In this document: positions 33,470 through 41,642 of the stretch, piece after piece
Layout: each line of letters starts with the position of its first letter
How positions within the stretch are numbered: position 1 is the stretch's first letter
From: Acidimicrobiaceae bacterium
GTDB taxonomy: Bacteria > Actinomycetota > Acidimicrobiia > Acidimicrobiales > JAUTXP01
Direction of reading: 5' to 3'
DNA: 64,000 bases
Assembly (NCBI GenBank): GCA_030837965.1
Contig: JAUTXP010000021.1
Span: 14,844 to 78,843 of the forward strand
Program-made: the position numbers and the translations under genes
Notes under the pieces: model-generated
The model's input: only the letters and a program-made list of their open reading frames with translations
What the model was told of the DNA's origin: nothing
The model's database searches: none

Positions 33470-34527
33470 CACGCGGCCTCCTTCCACACCAGTCGCAGCG
33501 CGTCGAGCACGCCCGGATCGGGCACTCCGCCCCCGGCGCCGAGCGCCGGAAGGGCGGGCTGGCGGCCGGGGCCACCCGTCAGCCGCCACCCCAGATCGGC
33601 CAAGTGGTCCTTCACGGCCGACGCCACCAGGACCCGCACCCGCTGGCCTGCCCGACCGGGCAGCACGGCGAGCACGAGGTCGACGGTGGTCATGGGCGCA
33701 GGGTAGAGGAGGACCGGCTTGTCGGCCCTGGCGTACTGCGCCAACGCGGGCTGCACATCGGCCTCCAGGCCCGCGTACACGTCCTCCAGCGACTTGCCGG
33801 TGGCCAGCACCTCGCTGAAGGTGGGCTCGCGGGTCGGCGTGGTCGACTTGAGCCCGCTGACCCAGTCCCGGAAGGCGTCGTCCTCGAAGTCGGCCGCGGC
33901 CACGTCGGGCCTGCCGAAGTAGTCGACCGCCGCCGCGCCCAGAACGGTGACGCCCGCGGCGTCGTTGCCGGGGTCGGGGAGGGCGATCTTCACCGGGCCC
34001 CAGATGGGGTTGCCGCCGGGCACGTCCTTCCACTGCCGCTTGCCCGCCACCGAGCCGAGGCACTTCCAGCCGATCTGCTGATTGGGGCAGTTCTGGCGCA
34101 GGGCCGCGGCCCGGTCGGGCCACACGGCCAGCACCACCGGGGTGCGGGCCAGCACCGGTGGCGACGTCGTCGTGAACATGCGGGGCAGGCCCTTGGCCTG
34201 TCGGCCTGCCTCCGCCATCGACGGCCACGGACCCGTGGTCAGCCACCCGTCGATGCCGAGCGCCCCGTTCAACGCAACCACCCGCCCCGACGTCTGCGAT
34301 GCGGGCTCCACGGTCACGTTGATGTCGGTGCGCTGGCCGATGATCTGGCACAAGGCGGTGAGGTCCGGCACGCAGATGAGGTTGAGGGGGTGGGCCTTGT
34401 CCTCCTTGCGCTGGTCGAGCAGGTGGCGCATGCCGAAGGCGCCGGCCACCATGGCCACGGCGGCGAGCAGCGCGAACAGGCGGCGGGGCACGGGCCAGCA
34501 GCGTAGGGCCGAGTCCCAATGGCCCAC
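33469..34527 (-). CDS. N-terminally anchored substrate-binding-like protein (paralogous to the SBP half of the downstream gene)
   Basis: TM helix RRLFALLAAVAMVAGAFGM followed by an SBP-like fold. The sequence is loosely similar to the neighbour (W..GPxK(I/L)..(T/P)(N/D)P). Confidence 0.6.
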   Translation of the reverse strand: MGHWDSALRCWPVPRRLFALLAAVAMVAGAFGMRHLLDQRKEDKAHPLNLICVPDLTALCQIIGQRTDINVTVEPASQTSGRVVALNGALGIDGWLTTGPWPSMAEAGRQAKGLPRMFTTTSPPVLARTPVVLAVWPDRAAALRQNCPNQQIGWKCLGSVAGKRQWKDVPGGNPIWGPVKIALPDPGNDAAGVTVLGAAAVDYFGRPDVAAADFEDDAFRDWVSGLKSTTPTREPTFSEVLATGKSLEDVYAGLEADVQPALAQYARADKPVLLYPAPMTTVDLVLAVLPGRAGQRVRVLVASAVKDHLADLGWRLTGGPGRQPALPALGAGGGVPDPGVLDALRLVWKEAA

Positions 34528-34550
34528 GTGGCGCGTGACAGGATGCCCCG

Positions 34551-35234
34551 GTGCGCCCCGGGACCCAGGCCCGCTTCACCGGCTTTCTGGCCGAGTTGGG
34601 ACAGCCCCACCTCGACGCCCTGCGCTCGCGCGGTTGGCGCAGGCGCTTCGCACGGGGGGCCATGCTGTTCGAAGAGGGGGCCAGCTCGGACCAGGTGATG
34701 ATCGTGCTCACCGGCCGGGTGAAGATCTCCCACTTCACCAACGACGGGCGCGAGATCATCCTGGCCGTGCGGGGGCCGGGCGAGTTGCTGGGCGAGCTGT
34801 CGGCCATCGACCAGGAGCCCCGGTCGGCCACCGCGCTGGCGGCCGAGCCGGTCGAGGCCCTGGTGCTCAGCGTGGAGGATTTCCAGCAGTTCGTGTCGAC
34901 GACGCCTCGCGCCGCCATGGTCCTGCTCACCGGCTTGGTCCGGCGCCTGCGCGAGGCCGACCGCAAGCGCATCGAGTTCGCCGCCTTCGACACCGTTGGG
35001 CGCGTCGCGTTGCGGCTGCTCGATTTGGCCGACCAGTTCGGCGAGCCCGCGGCCAAAGGCGTGCGCATCACGCTGCCCTTGTCGCAACAGGAGCTGGCCG
35101 GTCTCATCGGCGCGTCGCGCGAGGCGGTGAGCAAGGCCTTGCAGCAGTTGCGCAAGCGGGGCTGGATCGAGACGCAGCGCCGGGGCATCTCCATCCTCGA
35201 CCCGGACGGCTTGCGCCGACGCGCCCTTCTCTAG
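34551..35234 (+). CDS. Crp/Fnr-family transcriptional regulator
   Basis: A cNMP-binding domain (MLFEEGASSDQVMIVLTGRVKI..DGREIILAVRGPGELLGELSAI) plus a C-terminal HTH (LSQQELAGLIGASREAVSKALQQLRKRGWI). Confidence 0.85.
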   Translation: MRPGTQARFTGFLAELGQPHLDALRSRGWRRRFARGAMLFEEGASSDQVMIVLTGRVKISHFTNDGREIILAVRGPGELLGELSAIDQEPRSATALAAEPVEALVLSVEDFQQFVSTTPRAAMVLLTGLVRRLREADRKRIEFAAFDTVGRVALRLLDLADQFGEPAAKGVRITLPLSQQELAGLIGASREAVSKALQQLRKRGWIETQRRGISILDPDGLRRRALL

Positions 35235-35267
35235 CGCCCTTCTCTGAACCTGCCCAGCCTCAGGCCG

Positions 35268-36707
35268 TCAGGCGGTGAGGTCGTCGGGCAGCAAGGTCAT
35301 GAGCTGCTCGTCGGTGGGCTCGGCGGGCTCGCCGACTGCTTCGCCGACTGCCTCGCCGACCGTGCCGCGCCCGCCTGCGCTGGGCGCCACCAGCCTGCCC
35401 GCCTGCCGGGCGCACGCGGCCTCGAACAGGTTGCGCACCAGCCGGGCGTTGCCGAACCCCTTGTCCCGCGGCTGGCCGTCGAGCGTGGCCCGCAACGCCT
35501 GTTCGGCTTCGGCCGTGAGCTTGTACGACGACGCCTCGCACATGGACTGGAAGATGCGGACCAGCTCGTCGGTGCTGTAGTCGGGGAAGTTGATGGTCTT
35601 GGGGAACCGGGACCGCAGGCCAGGGTTGGAGTTCACGAACTCGTCCATCTCGTCGGTGTAGCCCGCGGCGATGACCACGAAGTCGTCCCTGTGGTCCTCC
35701 ATCAGCTTGACCAGGGTGTCGATGGCCTCCTGGCCGAAGTCGCGCTCGTCGCCGCGCGCCAACGCATAGGCCTCGTCCACCAGCAGCACGCCCCCCAGGG
35801 CGCGGTCCACCACCTGACGGACTTGGATGGCGGTCTGGCCCACGTAGCCCGCGACCAGTTGCGACCGGTCGGTCTCGACCAACTGGCCCTTCTCCACCAC
35901 TTCGAGGGTCCGGTAGATCTGGGCCAGCAGGCGGGCCACCGTCGTCTTGCCCGTGCCCGGGTTGCCGGTGAACACCAAGTGCCTGCTCGACTCGACGACG
36001 GGCAGTTTGCGCTTCTTGCGAAGCCGTTGCACCTGCAACAGCGCGGTGACGAGCTTGACCTCGTTCTTTACGCCTTCCAGCCCGACCAGCTTGTCCAGCT
36101 CGGCCAGCAGTTCCGCGATGGGGCGGGCGGGCGCCAGCGGTTCGTCGGCTGGTGCTGCCGCTGCCGGCGCGGCCGCCGGCGTGGGCGCGGCGGTGACCGT
36201 CCCCGGCTTGGGGATGCCCCAGTTCTCCATGCGCCCAAGCAACAGGGCCCGGTAGCGCTCGATCGTGTCCAACTCCGAGGCCGACGGATGCAGGTCGAGC
36301 GAGGCGATGGTGTGGGCGATGTCGACGGCCGCGTCGTAGTAGGTCCACGAGTTGGTGGTGCCGCCGCGGTGGTCGTCGCCGACAAGGATCTCGAACAGTA
36401 CCGACGGCGTGTCCAGCCAAGCCCTGTGCCCGACCACGAGTCGAGCCGTGCGCACGTCGGCGGGCGTGGCCATGCCCAGCATGGTCTCGAAGCGAGGGCC
36501 GAAGGTCTCGATGAGGGCCCACAGCTCTTCGTCGGTGTGCAGCCCGTCCGCGTCGATGAAGGCGGTGGCCAGGTTGTAGGCCTCGAGGGTCACGTCCTGT
36601 CCGCCCGGGTGGCTGGACTGCATGCGGGCGTCGGCCGCGATGCGGTCAAGGACGGGGCCCAGCTCGCGCACGAACCGCTCGACAGGCTCGGTCAGAGGTG
36701 AGGCCAT
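35268..36707 (-). CDS. AAA+ ATPase of the CbxX/CfxQ/SpoVK type with an extra N-terminal domain
   Basis: LVGLEGVKNEVKLVTALLQVQRLRKK, Walker A GNPGTGKTTVARLLA, Walker B GVLLVDEAYAL, and RSRFPKTINFPDYS. The ATG at 36707 (MASPLTEPV) was chosen because upstream ORF sequence overlaps the next gene. Confidence 0.85.
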   Translation of the reverse strand: MASPLTEPVERFVRELGPVLDRIAADARMQSSHPGGQDVTLEAYNLATAFIDADGLHTDEELWALIETFGPRFETMLGMATPADVRTARLVVGHRAWLDTPSVLFEILVGDDHRGGTTNSWTYYDAAVDIAHTIASLDLHPSASELDTIERYRALLLGRMENWGIPKPGTVTAAPTPAAAPAAAAPADEPLAPARPIAELLAELDKLVGLEGVKNEVKLVTALLQVQRLRKKRKLPVVESSRHLVFTGNPGTGKTTVARLLAQIYRTLEVVEKGQLVETDRSQLVAGYVGQTAIQVRQVVDRALGGVLLVDEAYALARGDERDFGQEAIDTLVKLMEDHRDDFVVIAAGYTDEMDEFVNSNPGLRSRFPKTINFPDYSTDELVRIFQSMCEASSYKLTAEAEQALRATLDGQPRDKGFGNARLVRNLFEAACARQAGRLVAPSAGGRGTVGEAVGEAVGEPAEPTDEQLMTLLPDDLTA

Positions 36708-36717
36708 GTCGACCCGT

Positions 36718-37326
36718 TCAGCCCTTCGGCTCGCGCCACATGAGCCAGAGCGGCGGCCCGCCCCCGGGCAGGGCCAGCTCCTCGGTGACGGCGAAGCCGT
36801 GGCGCGCGTAGAACGGGACGTTGCGCTCCTTGGACGACTCCAGATACGCGGGCAGGCCCTCGCGGTCGCAGCGGTCGAGCACCGGCTGCAACAACGCACT
36901 GCCCACGCCTTGGCCCTGGTGGCTCGGGTGAGTCCCGAGGGTGGCCAGGTAGTAGTGAGGGGCGCGGGGGTGGCGGCGCTCGATGTGCAAGACGGTGCGC
37001 AGGGCGAACGCAAGGCGCGGGCCCAGGGCCCGCACGGTGGCGGGCAGCGTGCGCAGGATGTCCCGCGGGGTCAGCTCCCATGCGCCCGGTGGCAGCCAGA
37101 TGGCCCCGCCCCGATTGCCCTCCGTCGTGTAGGTCAGGTCGTGGCGCATGGCGATCTTGTCGAGGTGCATGACGAAGTACCGGCGCAGCCGGTCGTGGTA
37201 CGACGCGGAGGGGAAGATCCACGTGGTCACCGGGTCGTCGGCAAAGGCGCGGGCCAGCGTGTCGCTCAGCGCGGCCACGTCTGCGGACGTGGCCGTGCGC
37301 ACGTTTGGGCTCGACGGGGCGGCCAT
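36718..37326 (-). CDS. GNAT-family N-acetyltransferase
   Basis: VRTATSADVAALSDTLARAFADDP ... the acetyl-CoA motif QGQGVGSALL ... ERNVPFYARHGF. Confidence 0.8.
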   Translation of the reverse strand: MAAPSSPNVRTATSADVAALSDTLARAFADDPVTTWIFPSASYHDRLRRYFVMHLDKIAMRHDLTYTTEGNRGGAIWLPPGAWELTPRDILRTLPATVRALGPRLAFALRTVLHIERRHPRAPHYYLATLGTHPSHQGQGVGSALLQPVLDRCDREGLPAYLESSKERNVPFYARHGFAVTEELALPGGGPPLWLMWREPKG

Positions 37327-37380
37327 CGCCGACAGTCTGCTCGTTGGCGGGCGGCCGGGGCTGCGAACCAGGACCGCCGG

Positions 37381-37395
37381 TAGACTTTCCGGGTG
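37381..37395 (+). promoter_or_regulatory. Candidate -10 element for a leaderless proA transcript (TAGACT-N6-GTG)
   Basis: TAGACT at 37381-37386 ends 6 nt before the GTG start at 37393, and there is no SD sequence. Confidence 0.35.
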
Positions 37396-38646
37396 GCTTC
37401 CCCCGCTCTCGCCGATCTCGGCCGCCGGGCCAAGGCCGCTTCGCGCCTGTTGGCCAACGCGTCGACCGCGGCCAAGAACGACGCCCTGCGGGCCGCGGCC
37501 GACCTGCTGGTCGACCGGTCGGAGGATGTCCTGGCCGCCAACGCGGTCGATGTGGAACGGGCCGTCGACGCAGGCACCAGCTCGGCCGTGGTCGACCGTC
37601 TGCGGCTGAATCCGAGCCGGGTGGAGGGGATGGCGAGTGGGCTCCGACAAGTCGCGTCGCTGCCCGACCCTGTGGGCGAGGTGGTGGATGGATGGGTCCG
37701 GCCCAACGGCCTGCGCATCCGCCGCGTGCGCGTGCCCCTCGGCGTTGTGGGGATCATCTACGAGAACCGGCCCAACGTCACCAGTGATGCCGCGGGTCTG
37801 TGCATCAAGTCCGGCAACGCCGCCTTCTTGCGGGGTTCGTCGGCGGCCATCACCTCCAACCAAGCCGTGGCCGCGGTGGTGCGCGAGGGGTTGGCCAAGG
37901 CGGGGCTGCCCGAGGACGGGCTCGTCCTCGTCGAGGACGTGAGCAGGGAGTCGGCCGTCGAGTTCATGCGCCTGCGCGGCCTGATCGACTGCCTCATCCC
38001 GCGCGGCGGCCAGTCACTCATCCAGGCCATCCTCGACAACGCCACCGTCCCGTATGTCATCGACGGCGACGGCAACTGCCACGTCTACGTGGATGCCGAC
38101 GCCGACTTGGACATGGCCGTGTCCATCATCGTCAACGCCAAGACGCAGCGGCCCTCCGTGTGCAACGCGGCCGAGTCGCTGCTGGTGCACGAGTCGGTGG
38201 CGGCCGAGTTCCTGCCTCGCGCCGCGGCCGCGCTGGACGGGGTGGAACTGGTGGGCGACGCGGCCTCGATTGGCATCGTGGGCGGGTCGCGAATGCAAGC
38301 CGCGACCGAGGACGACTTCGGGCGCGAGTTCCTCGATCTCAAGCTGTCGGTGGCCGTGGTGCCGTCGCTCGACGCGGCCGTGGAGCACATCGCCCGGTAC
38401 GGCTCGGGGCACACCGAGGCCATCGTCACCCGCTCGCTCATTGCCGCTCAGCGCTTCGTGCGAGAAGTGGACGCCGCGGCCGTGGTCGTCAACGCCTCGA
38501 CCCGCTTCACCGACGGCGAGGAGTTCGGCTTCGGCGCCGAGATCGGCATCAGCACCCAGAAGCTGCACGCCCGCGGCCCCATGGGTCTGCGCGAGCTGAC
38601 CACGGCCAAGTACGTGGTCGAGGGCGAAGGCCACATCCGGGGCTGA
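37393..38646 (+). CDS. proA: Gamma-glutamyl phosphate reductase
   Basis: [42 protein letters not shown], and [18 protein letters not shown]. Confidence 0.92.
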   Translation: MASPALADLGRRAKAASRLLANASTAAKNDALRAAADLLVDRSEDVLAANAVDVERAVDAGTSSAVVDRLRLNPSRVEGMASGLRQVASLPDPVGEVVDGWVRPNGLRIRRVRVPLGVVGIIYENRPNVTSDAAGLCIKSGNAAFLRGSSAAITSNQAVAAVVREGLAKAGLPEDGLVLVEDVSRESAVEFMRLRGLIDCLIPRGGQSLIQAILDNATVPYVIDGDGNCHVYVDADADLDMAVSIIVNAKTQRPSVCNAAESLLVHESVAAEFLPRAAAALDGVELVGDAASIGIVGGSRMQAATEDDFGREFLDLKLSVAVVPSLDAAVEHIARYGSGHTEAIVTRSLIAAQRFVREVDAAAVVVNASTRFTDGEEFGFGAEIGISTQKLHARGPMGLRELTTAKYVVEGEGHIRG

Positions 38647-38670
38647 CATTCCCCTCAAGTCGGCCGCATC

Positions 38671-38704
38671 CCCGCCGATTGTCGAGAGAGGGTATTTCGG
38701 CGGG
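38671..38704 (+). terminator. Hairpin downstream of proA
   Basis: An 8-bp stem, CCCGCCGA and TCGGCGGG, with an 18-nt loop and no U-tract. Confidence 0.35.
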
Positions 38705-38714
38705 AGGGGCGGCA

Positions 38715-40655
38715 ATGGCGACATCGGACGAGGACGACCTGGCGTCGCTGTTCTCGATGCTTTCAGCATTGGACGACGAGCCCGTCGCGTCTGTCGCGCC
38801 CGTCGCGCCCGCTGTGCCCGCTGTGCCTGTCGCAACGGTCGCGCCCGCCGTCCCCGTCACGGCCGCGCCGCCCGCCGGGCCCGGCGAGGCCGACGTTGCC
38901 CTGCCTCCGTCCGTCCCTGCCACCGAGGGCTGGCACTCCGACCCCGGCGTGCCGGGCCAGTTGCGCTGGTTCGACGGCGTGCGCTGGACCGCGTCAGTGC
39001 GCCCTTCGGTCATGGCCGTGTCCTCATTCGCCGATCCCGGCCCCGCCCCAGTTGGGCTTCAGCCTGCGTCGTACCAGGCGCCGCCGCCGACGGAGCTGCC
39101 GCCGCAGCCGCCGTTCCCGCGCCAGCCCGGGCCCATCATCCGCACGGGCGACGACTTCGTGTTCGGCCACGCGGCCCCGGCCCGTTCGTGGCGGCTTCCC
39201 GTCCTCGGCGACTTGGACCGCAAGACCATCGTCCGCGTCGCCGTTGTGCTGGCCGTGCTGGTGGTGGCCGCCTACTCCACCGTGATCCGAGACGGTGGCC
39301 CCCACTATCCGAGTCGATGGGACGCACGGGTGGCCGACATCGCCCACTTCGTGGAGTCCGAGCGGGGCAGCACCTTCGAGCATCCGGTAGCCGTCGAGTT
39401 CTTGTCGGTGCCCGACTTCAAGAAGCACGTCGGCGGCGAGGCCGATGCGCTGTCGGCCGAAGACCGCAAGTCCCTCGACGACACCGCCGCGGCCATGCGC
39501 GCCCTCGGCCTGCTGTCCGGCCCCGTCGATCTGCACTCGCTGGAGAAGAAGCTCACCGAGGAGTCGATCATCGGGCTGTACGACCCGATGGCCAAGAAGG
39601 TCTGGGTGCGCGGGTCGCAGCTCACCCCCGACGTGCGCGTGACGCTGGCCCACGAACTCACCCACGCGTTGCAGGACCAGCGATTCGGCCTACTGCATCT
39701 TCAGCGCGACCCCAACTCCCAATCCGCAGTGCGGGCCTTGATCGAGGCCGACGCCCGCCGGGTCGAGGAGGTCTACCGGGGCCAGATGAGCGAGGCCGAC
39801 CAGAAGCTGTACGACGCGGCCCAGAAGACGGTCCAGTCGGAGAGCGACACGTCCGGGATTCCCGACGTGCTCACCCACTCGCTGGCCTTCCCCTATGTGT
39901 TCGGGCCGACGTTCGAGCAGGCCTTGATCGCCGAGGGCGGGCTGCCCGCGGTGGACCGCGCCTTTCGGTCGCCGCCGCACTCCGAGGCCGAGATCCTCGA
40001 TCCCGGCCTGTTCTTGAAGGGCTTCCGCGTGTCGACGCCGCCCGCCCCTCCGGTCGAGAAGGGTCGCCACCCCGTCGTTCGGCCCTCGCCGTTCGGCCAG
40101 GAGTCGATGGTCGAGGTGCTGGCCGGCCAGGTCGGGTTCGACGGGGCCTGGAAGGCGGTGCAGGGCTGGCGGGGCGACGTGGTGAGCATCGACGGGCCCA
40201 AGGCAGCCAAGGCCGGGAAGGCCGGCAAGCCCGGGAGCGCGGGCGACATCTGCGTGGCCGTCAACACCCGCTTCGACACCGACGAGCACGCCGCCGCGTT
40301 CAAGCAGGCCGCGTCCACGTGGGCCACCGCGGCCCACGGCACCGTCGTCGGCCGCGGCCGCACGGTCGGCATGCGGGCCTGTGACCCAGGCCCGTCGGCC
40401 GCCGCCCTGCCCAAGGCCGACCCCGACCCGTTCGCGGTCCTGTCCGTGCGGGCCGCGATCATGCAGGGGATGCTCGGTACCGATGGGGCAACGTTGGACT
40501 TGGTGACCTGCACGGTCGACACCCTGCTGGGCCAACTGGGCGCCAAGGCCTTCGCGGGCCTCAACGAGATCGCCGAGGGCGATCCGCGGATCGAGCAGGT
40601 CAAGCAGCAGGCCGGGTCGGCCGCGGCCGCCTGCCGCCAAGCCCCCCACGCCTGA
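38715..40655 (+). CDS. DUF2510-like N-terminal domain / single TM / extracytoplasmic HExxH metalloprotease-like protein
   Basis: GWHSDPGVPGQLRWFDGVRWT (DUF2510-type motif), TM IVRVAVVLAVLVVAAY, and VTLAHELTHALQDQ (HExxH). Confidence 0.7.
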   Translation: MATSDEDDLASLFSMLSALDDEPVASVAPVAPAVPAVPVATVAPAVPVTAAPPAGPGEADVALPPSVPATEGWHSDPGVPGQLRWFDGVRWTASVRPSVMAVSSFADPGPAPVGLQPASYQAPPPTELPPQPPFPRQPGPIIRTGDDFVFGHAAPARSWRLPVLGDLDRKTIVRVAVVLAVLVVAAYSTVIRDGGPHYPSRWDARVADIAHFVESERGSTFEHPVAVEFLSVPDFKKHVGGEADALSAEDRKSLDDTAAAMRALGLLSGPVDLHSLEKKLTEESIIGLYDPMAKKVWVRGSQLTPDVRVTLAHELTHALQDQRFGLLHLQRDPNSQSAVRALIEADARRVEEVYRGQMSEADQKLYDAAQKTVQSESDTSGIPDVLTHSLAFPYVFGPTFEQALIAEGGLPAVDRAFRSPPHSEAEILDPGLFLKGFRVSTPPAPPVEKGRHPVVRPSPFGQESMVEVLAGQVGFDGAWKAVQGWRGDVVSIDGPKAAKAGKAGKPGSAGDICVAVNTRFDTDEHAAAFKQAASTWATAAHGTVVGRGRTVGMRACDPGPSAAALPKADPDPFAVLSVRAAIMQGMLGTDGATLDLVTCTVDTLLGQLGAKAFAGLNEIAEGDPRIEQVKQQAGSAAAACRQAPHA

Positions 40656-40664
40656 CCCCCAAAT

Positions 40665-40695
40665 CTTTTCCACAGCAGCAGGTGCTGTGGAAAAG
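40665..40695. repeat. 31-bp perfect palindrome, family B copy 2
   Basis: Identical to 22215-22245. It starts 10 nt after the TGA at 40655 and is followed by TCGGGGGTGGGGGCGG. Confidence 0.9.
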
Positions 40696-40761
40696 TCGGG
40701 GGTGGGGGCGGTGCAGGGGTGAACTAGACCGAGCGGTCAAGTGGCGGGGTAATCTCCCCGG

Positions 40762-41628
40762 ATGGCTGAGCCTCGCTTTGAGACCGTCCCCGCCGTGCGC
40801 GAGAGCCTGCGCGACGTCGGCTATCTGGCCGACGAGGGCATCGCGGGCGTGGTGTACCTGGCCGATCGGCTGGGCAAGCCGGTGCTGGTCGAGGGGCCCG
40901 CGGGCACGGGCAAGACCCAGTTGGCCAAGTCGGTGGCCGAGATGACCGGGGCCCGCCTCATCCGCCTCCAGTGCTACGAGGGGCTGGACGAGTCCAAGGC
41001 CCTGTACGAGTGGAACTATAAGAAGCAGCTCCTGCGCATCCAGGTCGAGCGCGAGTCGTCCACGTGGCAGGAGATCGAGGACGACATCTTCACCGAGGAC
41101 TTCCTCCTCACCCGCCCGCTGTTGGAGGCCATCAGGGCCGACGACCCCGTGGTCCTCTTGATCGACGAGGTGGACCGCGTCGAGGTGGAGACCGAGGCCT
41201 TGCTGCTCGAGATCCTGTCCGACTACCAGGTGTCCATCCCCGAGTTGGGCACGGTGGTGGCCAAGCAGATCCCGCTCGTCTTCCTGACCTCCAACAACAC
41301 CCGCGAGCTCTCGGAGGCGTTGAAGCGGCGCTGCCTCTACCTCCACGTCGACTACCCCACGTTGGAGCGGGAGAAGGAGATCGTCACCACCCGCGTGCCC
41401 GACATCTCCGAGCACTTGGCCGACCAGGTCGTGCGCATCGTGCGCTCCATCCGCCAGTTGGAGTTGAAGAAGGCGCCGTCGGTTTCGGAAACGCTCGACT
41501 GGGCCCGCACGCTGGTCCTCCTCGGCATTCAGAACGTGGACGCCGACCAGGCCAAGGAGACCTTGCACATCTTGTTGAAGTACCAGTCCGACATCGCCAA
41601 GGCGACCAAGGAGCTGACCGTCTCCTAG
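40762..41628 (+). CDS. MoxR-family AAA+ ATPase (CoxD-like)
   Basis: VLVEGPAGTGKTQLAKSVA, RLQCYEGLDESKALYEWNY, and LLIDEVDR. TAATCT-N6-ATG suggests a leaderless start. Confidence 0.88.
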   Translation: MAEPRFETVPAVRESLRDVGYLADEGIAGVVYLADRLGKPVLVEGPAGTGKTQLAKSVAEMTGARLIRLQCYEGLDESKALYEWNYKKQLLRIQVERESSTWQEIEDDIFTEDFLLTRPLLEAIRADDPVVLLIDEVDRVEVETEALLLEILSDYQVSIPELGTVVAKQIPLVFLTSNNTRELSEALKRRCLYLHVDYPTLEREKEIVTTRVPDISEHLADQVVRIVRSIRQLELKKAPSVSETLDWARTLVLLGIQNVDADQAKETLHILLKYQSDIAKATKELTVS

Positions 41629-41642
41629 CGGGACGGCCCGTC

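Noticed and set aside
34528-34550. A CRP-type operator (TGTGA-N6-TCACA) in the 23-bp gap between the Crp/Fnr gene and the SBP-like gene.
   Set aside because: Only a weak half-site (GTGACA) is present. The promoters must overlap the coding starts, so either start codon may be mis-set. There is not enough evidence to annotate a site.
31667-35194. Track ORFs that look like single giant genes: 31667-35194 (1175 aa), 47423-49975, 50259-52919, 57283-60066, 35268-37013 and 36718-37863.
   Set aside because: Only the 3' portions match real families. The upstream portions are run-on reading through neighbouring genes in another gene's frame. I trimmed each to the start that fits the family N-terminus and the stop/start overlap with the upstream gene.
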